Source: the human T2T-CHM13v2.0 reference genome, Homo sapiens
NCBI RefSeq assembly: GCF_009914755.1
Contig: NC_060926.1
Reading direction: 5' to 3' (one strand)
DNA: 64,000 nt
Shown here: positions 52,457 through 64,000 of the stretch, piece after piece
How the letters are laid out: the number at the start of each line of letters is the position of its first letter
How positions within the stretch are numbered: position 1 is the stretch's first letter
The notes under the pieces: model-generated
Database searches by the model: none
What the model saw: the letters and a program-made list of their open reading frames with translations, nothing else
Told to the model about the DNA's origin: nothing
Made by a program: the position numbers and the translations under genes

Positions 52457-55400
52457 ACTTGCAGTGACTTTCTTGATTCCACCTCGTTAGTACGCACTAA
52501 GTTGTCAGTCCATGTTTTCCTATTTCTTGCTTGAAAAAATTAACCACTAATTAGGCCGTTTCTGCTGCTTTTGACACCCCCACATGATTTCATTCAATGA
52601 CAGAGTCCTGTTCACGGAGGAGAAAGACCTTTAACAGAAGTAACCTGCTGGTTTTCCTTCTTCATCATTGACCCAACCAGGTCCCATGGGCACCCCTCAC
52701 TGCAGAGTGGCCAGGAAAGGAAGACTTCTTTCCCAGAGTCTGTTCACCTCTGTCCCAGGAAAGAGTTTCTATCAGTGGAAAAGAAAGCAAGGGGGAGGGC
52801 TGTTGGTCAGGGATCTCAAAATGTCTTCTCTGCTCCAGAGAATGGCGTTGGTGTGGGATAGAAATGAATGGAATTTCCTTGGTAGGGAGAGCAACAAGTA
52901 GAGAGCAGCCAATTACAAAAAGCAAAATTGTAGCTCAGAGAAAGAGAGAGGCAGAGCTATGGAAGCCAGAGGGGTATATTTTCCTTGGAATGAAACAGTT
53001 TTTTATTCCTCTTCCTTTGTACCCTACCTGCATATGCACCAGTAGAGAAATATCACAAACTTACTCTCAACAACCTCATTGTGTCAAAAAACACAATTGT
53101 TTTGTTTCTCTATAATTCAGTTGATCTTCCTTGCAAGCTCTCACCATGATGAGTAGCATGAGGAAATTATACGTTAGGCCAATTCTGATTTAAATCTTTG
53201 TGTGCTTTGTTTATGTCATTTGATCCTACATCCTTCAATTCAGGCAACCGTGCCTCCTGTTAAGAGCAAGCCCTTCTTCCCAGGCTCCTCTCCTAGAAGG
53301 CATCAGGCGCCCACCCCATGCTTCCCTGTGCCCCTGTCCCTGATCCCCTAACAGTCGCCTTCTGATCAAGACTTCTTCCTGCTGTTCTCAACTGTCACCC
53401 CATCTTGACTTGGTTTCAGGGGATCGAAAAACTCTTTCTTGTTTCATCTTACACTTATTCATGACCTTGCCTCTTATTTCCTCATAGGAGAGAGCAAAGC
53501 TTAATTTTCAATGAAGTTTTATTAAGATCTATGTATAATAAAGTCAGGAGTAAAAAAATAATAATTTGCATTAATTTAATAGATCCAAAATCTTCTCTGA
53601 GTTTCTTACTGGATTCTGCTGGGTCTCACAGCATGCCTCACCGATGTTGCAAAGTAGCTCTTAACACGTCACCCCAAAGCCCCAGTCAGTCATGCCTCAA
53701 AGTTCAGATAGAACCAATTCCTTATCCCCAGAAATTAAAGGGAGGAAGTTTTCCTCTCAGTCTTCTGCCCACCCCACACACCTTGGAGGTAACCTGACTT
53801 CTCAAGCTCTATTTCTGGCCCTAGGTTGAATTTTTTCATGGTAATTGACACAGGAACATCTAGAAGAAAATTATTCTTGTACATAAAGTATAGCTTGGCC
53901 TTGCGGGCCCAGTAGGACAACAGTGCCAGTATGAGTCCTCCAAAACGCACTAAGAAAGGCAGAATTACACAAGCATGAGATGCATCAAGAGAAACGCTTG
54001 TGAAGGGGCAGGGGAAAGGGGCAGGCTAGGACAGCTTCAGACCTGGACGTGGGTCTGGGATCCAGGAGGGGACAGAGAGAAGGAAGGATTTTGTAGGAAG
54101 AGCCTCCAAGCACAGTGGATTCCTTAGAAAATCTCAACCAAGCCAGTGTAGGGGTCCCAAACAATTTGCCTGTTAGAGAGATCCTGCCTCTGCCATGCTT
54201 GCTCAGTGGCCAGGAGCAGTCTACACAAAGCATGGGGTCGGCTTTCCGGGGGCAGTGACGGAGATCCTCAGTCTGCTCTGCTCACTGCAGTAGGGGAGAT
54301 GTGAGACCCTGACGGAGATTTGCATGGCCCACCTGCATGGTTACCCTCAGTCCCAATTACTGCAAAATTTCCCTAAGTCTGGATTATTTGGTCTTCAATA
54401 GCATCACACATGGGCTGTCAATAGCCTGGTCTAGGTTGACTGTGTCAAATGCAGTTCATTTATTTTTCAGTCTCTCTTCCTTGAAAGTATGTGTTAGTTT
54501 CTGTGCAATAATAGAGAAGCTCAATGATCTCAGGTGGCTTCCCAAAATTAATTTTATTTCTGGCTTTAAAAAGCTGACTTTTGTCCAGGTAACTCCTAGA
54601 TCAGCTGTCTTCCCGGTGGGGGATCAGCGGTCCAGCCGGCTTGCTTGCATCACCTCATTCTCAAGCCATGGTCCGGTTCCTGTGCTGGGGAACAGTGCAC
54701 AGGAAGGTCCTCAACTCGGAAGGTGTGCACAGCACTTGCACGTAAATTCCCTTCACCAGAACAAGCCAGGTGTCTGGTATGGACATATTAAGATACCATC
54801 CACATCTGCTCTCTGAAGGAGATGAGAACTGGTTACAGCTGAGCCTACCCTGTCTCTGGAGTCAAAAACCTGTAAGACCCAGTTTATACCCAGGCTACAT
54901 TAGTAGGCCTTAGATAGGAATCTTCAGGAAATCAGGCCATACTATGGTTCCAGCTTTTCTAGAAAACATCTAGAAAAGGCCTGTCATGCTGATGCTAGAG
55001 GGTTAGTTACCTGGAGGCTCCTCAGAAAACACAACATGCACTTATAATAATCCATGACAAGTACTGCAAAGAAATGTTATTGGAGAGCTAAGAGGAACAA
55101 AGATTCCATTCTATATGCATACTATATAAAAATATTTTCATAAATGGGCCCTGCCTTTCATTTTTAAAAAACTAATTGGTAATTATAGAGTCAAAATATT
55201 TCTCAGAAGAGTCCTACTAATCATGGTGACGTAAAGTGGAGAAAAGTGTTCGATGTTAGGAAAACCAACCATGTGTCTCCTATTTATAACAAATTTAAAA
55301 GCCCCTGAATATATCGCTTTTCATTCCCTGATGTCCCCAAAGAAAGGAGGTGAGAAAACTTACAGCATGCCTTGCGGGTCACTCATTGGCTGTCTGACAT

Positions 55401-55480
55401 CCATGTCCATGGGAGGCTCCTGCCCTGTCCTCAGTGCTTTCCTTGCTGGACAGGCACAGGCCCTGGGGAGCTGGCGTGCA

Positions 55481-55550
55481 GCCTCCCTCCCACTGCCCAC
55501 GGCTCCCCTCCCACTGCCCACGGCTCCCCTCCCACTGCCCACAGCTCCTC
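55481..55550 (+). repeat. 21-bp minisatellite, about 3 copies (ctcccctcccactgcccacgg)
   Basis: Direct tandem repeat read from sequence. Confidence 0.95.
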
Positions 55551-56699
55551 CACATCAGCGCCTGGTTCCCTGCACCTCCAAGTCATCGTCAGCACCCACA
55601 GCACCAATTTCCCCCCTGCTTTACAAGCTGCTATCAGGAATTTAGTACCTTCAGGCTGACTTCAACACCTCTCTCATGTTTGACGTTTTTTGTTTTTTTT
55701 TTTTTTCCAGTTTTATAGTCATGACACAGCTGCAGAAACTGGCCGGGAGGGGGAAACTGCCCTGCCTATCTGTGCTGCTCTCTCAAAAATAGTTAAATGT
55801 TTATTAAAGCAATAAGTAACATGCTTGCCTGCAGGAGGATGCATAGTCTCTTTTCTCTGCCGACTGCTTATCACAAACAAAACCAATGACTCTTCCCTCG
55901 TGGATCGGAGGGGAAGCTGCACTGCAACCCTCTCAGGTGTGACTTGCTTCAGGTGTGACACTCAGTGGCCAGCCAGGTCCAACAGGGTCTCAGCCACAGG
56001 CAAAGTTCCTGGCTCAGGGGACCAACCTCCTTCTCCCTGGATGGCCGGTTCCCTCACCAGTCAGCAAGAGCAGCTTTTCCACATTCCTGCCTGAATAGTG
56101 ATACCAACCTTATCCTTTGGAAATTTAAATTTCCCCATCTCAGTATCCTGACTGCAGTGTCCAAAACTTCTTTTTTGAACTAAGTGAAAGTTAGGCAAGG
56201 TCAAGCTTGCCAGGGCCCTGGGGAGGCTGGCCCTATAAGGCTTATTCGCTGGAGGATTTAAGAGCTCCTAGGGAGAAATCCTGAAGGGAGAAGGAGCCAG
56301 ACATAAACTATTCTGAAGCAGAGGGCAATTCTGAGTTCAGCTTGGTGTCTCCCACTTGAATTTATAACTGCCAGAGCCCTGCCTGGTGTTGCAGGTTGCA
56401 GAAAACATGCTGAGTTGCTTTAATAAAAGTTCACCACATTGTGCTGCATGTCAAGCAGAGGAAAGAGGGGATACAGCAGCACTGCAGGTCCCTCCATGCA
56501 AGGGCATTGCAGAGTGCAGAGGCATTTTCCCCACATGCCTTGCAGAAGAGCAGTACCCCAATGAGTCCTCTGTGTCTAGCTAAACAGCACCAATGCCATA
56601 GGAACAAGTGTGCACCTACTCAGGGGACACCCATTGGTGACTGCAGGAAATACTGGGGAGGGGGATCACGGGACGCTGGACATGCTGCAGGTGCACACA

Positions 56700-57530
56700 G
56701 GGTAGATTCATTGAGATTCATGTATTCATTTGGTTACTTTCATTTATTCATTTGCCAAATATGCACTGATTGTTATATGTGTAAGTCCATTCTCACACCG
56801 CTATAAAGAACTACCTGAGACTGGGTAATTTATAAAGAAAGGAGGTTAAATTGACCCACAGTTCCACAGGCTGTACAGGAGACATGGCTGGTGAGGCCTC
56901 AGGAAACTTACAATCATGGCAGAAGGTGAAAGAGAAGCAAGCATATCTTCACATGGTGGGTAGGAAAGAGAGAGAGCAAAGAGGGAAGTGCTACACACTT
57001 TCAAACAACCAGATCTTGTGAGAACTCACTCACTATCATGAGAATAGCAAGGGAGAAATCCGCCCCCATGAGCCAATCACCTCCCACCAGGTCCCTCTCC
57101 CAACACTGGGGAATACAATTCAACATGAGATTTGGGTAGGGACACAGAGCCAGATCATATCACTATACATGCACTGGTTACAGAGCAGTGAACCAAACAG
57201 ACAAGGTGTTGATGTAGTCTGTTACCAAGATAGAGATACATGTGAAACAAAGGTGTAAAAGTACAGCCACAGATGCAAATCACTTAAGCCCTCTAGGACA
57301 GAAAAGAACAGGATGTAAGGCAAGGAAATATGTGTGGCAGGGTTCAGGGGCTGGGAGACCCTAACTAACATTGGAGAATCAGAAAAGGCTTCCGAAGACG
57401 TGACATTTATGTCAAGACCCACTGGATGAGTAGATGTTTGCAGGGTGAAAATTTAAGAGAAGAGCTTCTCAGGTAGAAGAGGTAAAGCCTGTAAAGTCCC
57501 AGGGTTAGGAAAGGCCTTCTGGGCTTTCAG
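56700..57530 (-). mobile_element. LINE-2 3' fragment split by MSTA
   Basis: ttcatttattcatttgccaaatatgcactga; cagtgaaccaaacagacaagg; gaatcagaaaaggcttcc...gtgacattt. Confidence 0.7.
56778..57162 (-). mobile_element. MSTA MaLR LTR
   Basis: agtccattctcacaccgctataaagaactacctgagactgggtaatttataaag...gggacacagagccagatcatatca; TSD ttata/ctata. Confidence 0.95.
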
Positions 57531-57609
57531 GTCAAAGGTTTTCTCCCCTTCCTCCCCTCCTCCCCTTCCTTCCCTCTATTTCCTCCTCCTCCTCCTCCTC
57601 CTATCCCCC

Positions 57610-58112
57610 AGTTGGAAATAAGAGCTCGGAGTTGAAAACGAGCACTAAAAGGATTTTCCAGTAAGGCAAATTTACTTCTCCAGAAGAGTGCTGCTGGCTC
57701 TTCTGGTCACTGCCAGAGCACACTAATCAAAGGAGGGAAAGGGTTTTTATCCCTAACACAGCCAGTCCCAGCTACTGTGTCTGGTCCTCATTGGCTGGAG
57801 TCGGACTGCATGATCTAAGCTGATCCCGATTGGCTACTTCAAATGGAGCAGAGGTGGGGGCTACAGCGGCAGGAAGAGCAGTTTCAGAACTAAGGGCACC
57901 AAATAAAGAACAGATGTAGGATGTTACAGATTGGGAATGGGTGTGGATTACAGATTGAGAATGGATGTGAGTTACTGATTGGGAATGGCTGGAAGGCTGT
58001 TTACTGTAACTAGGGGCAAGGAGGCAAGGAAGTTAGGCTTTGAAAATAGAGGACAAAGAACAAGGGATTTGAACAAGTGGAACCTTTGAAGAGGAACTCA
58101 CTGTATCCAACA
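57610..58112 (-). mobile_element. LTR10-family (HERV-I/HERVIP10) solo LTR
   Basis: gttggaaataagagctcgg...aaggcaaatttacttct...attggctggagtcggac...tctaagctgatcccgattggcta; reverse start tgttggatacagtgagttcctcttcaaagg. Confidence 0.8.
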
Positions 58113-58389
58113 TCCCTACCCCCAGTAGGAATCCACTGAAAAGTTTCAAATGAGAGGGAGACGGGATTAAAATGACTGTTGCTGATCTTTTCCCACCTGG
58201 ATATTCATGCCGTGAAGCTCCGGGAAACTCAGGATATAGATGTGCATTCGTTTCCTGTCGGTGCCCAAATTTTTAGGGGCATAAAACAATGCAAATGCAC
58301 TTTTAAAATTTTGGAAATCAGAAGCCTAAAGGTGTCATGAAGGATTGTGTTCCTCTGGAATCTTTAAAAAATCTTAAGATATTTTGAAA

Positions 58390-60087
<1,698 letters not shown>

Positions 60088-60149
60088 TAGAGTTCTTTTT
60101 AGGACTCAAAATAATAAACTGTATCATAAAGAATACTTTTCATGTCAGG

Positions 60150-60365
60150 TTATAGTAGAAAGATATGTGGAGTCAGAAAGACACAAATTGGGGTATTCTA
60201 GTTTTTCCACTTACTATGTGAGTCATGTTGGGAAGTTGAATTAATCCTTGGACTTGATTGTTCCCTCCATTATAGAAATGAAGAAATTAGGCTCACCTAT
60301 CCCGGATTAAAAACACAGACCTTCTAGAGCAGTGTCTGTCATATAAGAGGAGTTCATGAGATGAC
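60150..60365 (+). mobile_element. MIR SINE
   Basis: tatagtagaaaga...tggagtcagaaagac...ccacttactatgtg...ttgggaagtt. Confidence 0.7.
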
Positions 60366-61014
60366 AGTTTCCTTTTGTTTTCTGTATCAGATGTAGTATT
60401 CTGCCCATAAAGACACATATTACCATAATGTCACTATGCCCCCGAAATAATAAATAATTAAATAAGAGTTTTATTGAGCCATTTCCACGGAATATAAGTC
60501 TGACACTTGTTGGAATTACTCCTAAGTAATTGCTTTCTGTTCTTTTCTGTGGCTTCTGCCTGCATAGCTATGTTAATGCTATTACTTAAATATTTTTGAA
60601 ATGAACAGGGAGTTGACTTAATAGCAAGTATTTAGTTAATAAAGTGCATATTAATAATTTAATTTTCAGCAAAATGAGTCCTCTTGTAATAACACTATGA
60701 ATTTTTCAGAAATGAAAATTTATTGTGGGTCAAAATATGATAAAAAATGAAGATATATTCTTGTTATGAATGTTTCAATTACAAAGCACTACTGGGAAAT
60801 ATATAACACAAGCATATTCCAGAATGGAGATAATATTTACTACCAAGTTCTTGTTTATAAAAATAGAGGCAGTTGTTGTTATTCCTATTATCCTCACAGA
60901 TGGTGAGTAGGCTGTTGCAAACCCATGAAGGGAACCTCGTCCCACTCATGGGAATATAGTTGTTCTCTACACGGCCTCTCCACTCCCACCGTCTGCAGAC
61001 TGCAAAGAGAGAGC

Positions 61015-61175
61015 TAACATTCATTGCACTGGATTCTATGTGTTAAGAATAGTGTGAGATGCTTTACCTATGTTATTTCACTTAATCACATAGCTGTCAT
61101 GGATCTTCATTCCCGTTTCATGGATGATCTAAAGTTGGTTTCGGGAAGCTAACTTGTCAAAGTCTCATAGTTAAC
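61015..61175 (-). mobile_element. MIR SINE
   Basis: agctaacattcattg...ctatgtg...gctttacctatgttatttcacttaatc...aacttgtcaaagtctcatag. Confidence 0.75.
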
Positions 61176-61177
61176 CT

Positions 61178-61643
61178 ATAAGCGTCCTAGGACTGCCATA
61201 GCAACTTAACACGAACTTAATGAAATAAAGCAATGGAAATTCTTTCTTTCATAGTCCCGGAGTCCAAAAGTACCACATGAGGGTGTCAGCAGGGCCATGC
61301 TCTCTCTGGAACATGTAGAGAAGGACGCTTCCTTGCCTGCTCCTAGCTTCTGGTGCTACTGACAATCTTTGATGTTCCTTGAATTGAAGACACATAACCC
61401 CAATCTCTCCTTCTGTCGGCACATGGCATTCACCAAGGTGTCCCCATTTCTCTAGTCTGTCTTTTGACACCAGTCATTGGATTAGTGCCCAGCCTAATCA
61501 AGTATGACCTTATCTTAACTTTATTAACTTGATTACATTTCCAAAGGCCCTATTACCAAATAGGTCACATTCACGGGTACCAAGGTTAGGATACCAAGGT
61601 TAGGATTTGAAAATATCTTTTAGGGGAACACAAAGCCATATCA
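61178..61643 (-). mobile_element. MLT1C-like MaLR LTR
   Basis: ggtgtcagcagggccatgctctctctg...ctagcttctggtg...gacaccagtcattggattag...ccaaataggtcacattc. Confidence 0.9.
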
Positions 61644-61654
61644 GTTAGTAAGTC

Positions 61655-61663
61655 TGTGTGTGT

Positions 61664-61697
<34 letters not shown>
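61655..61697 (+). repeat. (TG)n microsatellite
   Basis: About 20 TG units with one interruption. Confidence 0.97.
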
Positions 61698-61699
<2 letters not shown>

Positions 61700-62120
61700 C
61701 CAGTTAAGTCCAGAGATATTTTCATGTTTTTTACAGTGAACTGTAAGATACCATGCATTTGATTTCCCATTTCTTTGAGAAGCAGGAGAGACTAAACCTT
61801 TTCAAATAGCTAACTATTCTGGATATGACTGATGTGAGACATATCTAATGATAATTTGCAGAGGTCCAAAAATCTAATATGATACTAGTATAGTAGAGAA
61901 AATTTTGTGTACTAGTAACTTTTGATGAACAGACTTATGGATTTTATTCAACAGTAAAATTAGTAGAGATAAACAGTGTGATGTAACTTTCTCCACAAAG
62001 GGAATGTGATATTAACATTAATAGAATAGCACAATAACATTCTAGAACTAAACGAAAATTGTCCTATTCTGCCGTACACTGAGGGCATACCATATCAGAA
62101 GTAGTATGTTCACTTGAGCA

Positions 62121-62720
62121 TGTATTATGTGAGAAACAGGCTAAGCTGCTGTAACAAGTAGATGCAAATGTATGTTATCTCAAACACAATCAAAATTTAT
62201 TCTCTATCATATAACACACCAGAACGTTATGAACAGAAAGTTTGTGCTCCCTCGAAATTCCTATGTTGAAGCTCTAACCCTTCAGGGATGATATTTGGAA
62301 GTGGGGCTTTTGGGAGGTGATTAGGTTTAGATGAAGTCATAGGGTGAACCCCCTTTGAGGGGATTAGTGTCCTTATGAAAAAGGGAAGAGACTGGAACTC
62401 TCTTTCTACCACGTGAGGACACAGTGGGAAGGTAGCCGTCTGCAAGGCCATAAAGAGAGACCTCACTGAGAACTGAGCACTGCCAGACCTTGATCTTGGG
62501 CTTTCCAGCATCCAAAACTCTGAGAAAATTAATTTCAGATGTTTCAACCCCCAGTAAATTGTATTTTGTTATGGAAGCTGCAATAAACGAAGACACAGAG
62601 GTAAGAAGATGTTGCAGAACCAACAGGCAGCACTGCTACACATGGATGTGCATGGACCCGGGGTCTTTTTCTCACATTACTCCATTATTTTCCAGAATGT
62701 TCATATAGTCTTCATGTCCA
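62121..62720 (-). mobile_element. Old MLT1J/K-like LTR interrupted by MLT1A
   Basis: aggctaagctgctgtaacaa...aaacacaatcaaaatttattctct. Confidence 0.55.
62225..62595 (+). mobile_element. MLT1A/A0 MaLR LTR
   Basis: gttatgaacagaaagtttgtgctccc...ggggcttttgggaggtgattagg...tattttgttatggaagc...aagaca; TSD cagaa/cagag. Confidence 0.92.
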
Positions 62721-62724
62721 CAGC

Positions 62725-62995
62725 AGGGATTTTAATTATTCTCCAGAATCTATTCTTCCCTTTTTCCTTTAAGTAGTATAACTCTACACATTTCAGCAGA
62801 ACAATAATCATCCAGTTACACACTCAATTTCCAAGCTCTTGGGCCAAATGATTAAAGTCATACCCATGGAACGCAAGCAGCAGTGATGTGGGCAACATCT
62901 GCTTCTCTCTCTAAAAAGAAGTTTCTTTCATTTTCTACGCTGGAGCATGGATCTGGTGTTGGTGATTCAGGTTAGACCATGCAAAGCACAACACT
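62725..62995 (+). mobile_element. LTR33-like ERVL LTR fragment
   Basis: ccagaatctattcttccctttttcc...aatttccaagctct...gcagcagtgatgtgggcaacatct. Confidence 0.55.
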
Positions 62996-63926
62996 TAAAC
63001 AATATATTGAGGTCACTTAAGTGTGGTTAGGACAGCATGGTGTTATGTCAAAATGAAGTGCAACAGAAAATTGACCACCACTGAACACACTCAGAAATAA
63101 ATGTTTATTTTCCAATTATTTCTAAGACAATCACAAGCTGGTTTCCCATTAGACTGACCACCTCTGTTATGTTAGAATTCTGCAATGTTCCCTGGGTAGT
63201 CTTTTCTCTTCTACTGAGAACTCTGCAAAATCATAAGCCAGTTGATGGCTGAATAATTGGGTTTTATGATTTCTTCTATTCTCCTTCTACAAAGTCATCT
63301 TAAAAATGAACATTTAACTCACCGTCCAGATAAACCAATTTCATTTTATTAAAAAAGAAAGAAACAAACAAAATGTCTGTCCTTCCTAAATTTTTCTGAA
63401 AATAATTTATTTGTATGAGAAAAAAATGGAAAAGACACAAAAGGAGAGAACCAAACCTTAGTAAAATAGAAACACTGCATGGGAGCAGTCAAAAAGACAG
63501 GAGAGAATATTTGACTTATTAATTCCTTATATATTCTTTCCCAGAATGAGGAACTAGGAAGTCCTCCCTCCCATTTTTCTCTCCTGGAAAGATTAGTCCT
63601 TATACTAGTGTGTTCGCCATTGTTCTTTATACTCACAAAACAGCACAGTGTTCAGCATGAGGGTATAAGAAATTCCTTCTTGCCCCAGGAATTGCCCATG
63701 TCCTGATCTAAGATGTTTCCCTGCAAGAGCTAGCTCAGAGCTGCTCAGAGCTTGCTATGACACTGCTCCAGGACTCAGCGATGAGACTTGCCTTGGTTAT
63801 CCTGGATCCAGAAGCAAGAACGCTGGCACTGAATGTGTCGGTGGGGACCCTGCCAGAAACATACTTCCTGCCCATCACCCCAATTCTTCATGGCCAGAGA
63901 AAATAAAGTAGCAGACTCATTGTCCC

Positions 63927-64000
63927 ATTTTTTTTTTTTTTTTTTTTGAGACGGAGTCTCGCTCTGTCACCCAGGCTGGAGTGCAGTGGTGCAATCTCGG
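63927..64000 (-). mobile_element. Alu 3' end, truncated by the window edge
   Basis: T tail then gagacggagtctcgctctgtcacccaggctggagtgcagtgg. Confidence 0.97.

Noticed and set aside
54337-54816. 159-aa ORF, the longest in the window
   Set aside because: No recognisable homology or domain and no supporting exon structure; compatible with chance in 64 kb.

Overview
Primate (very probably human) non-coding genomic DNA, either intergenic or deep intronic. I find no protein-coding gene, structural RNA gene or CRISPR array; the ORFs I checked lie in repeats, low-complexity DNA or look like chance frames. Roughly half the window is transposon-derived: 10 Alus (J, S, Y), old L1M fragments with a nested L1/Alu/MST/MER2 cluster at about 27.7-36 kb, L2 and MIR relics, solo LTRs (MER31, LTR27/28-like, LTR10-like, MST, MLT1) and DNA transposons (MER47A, Charlie1a, MER2). 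Family names are from recalled consensus sequences, not a database search. Signals not explained by repeats: (1) three moderate-GC islands that retain CpGs and carry TF motifs (about 2.5-3.4, 8.5-9.0 and 46.2-46.8 kb), the first with a well-formed 252-nt non-coding exon; (2) an isolated 80-bp duplicated module (22217/23845) in which opposite decay of one ancestral CpG gave a GATA motif in one copy and CCAAT in the other; (3) a 319-nt pure-purine AAGGG/AAGGGG tract replacing an Alu tail; (4) two co-oriented CTCF-like motifs at 36.3-36.8 kb. No new multi-gene system can be supported from sequence alone.
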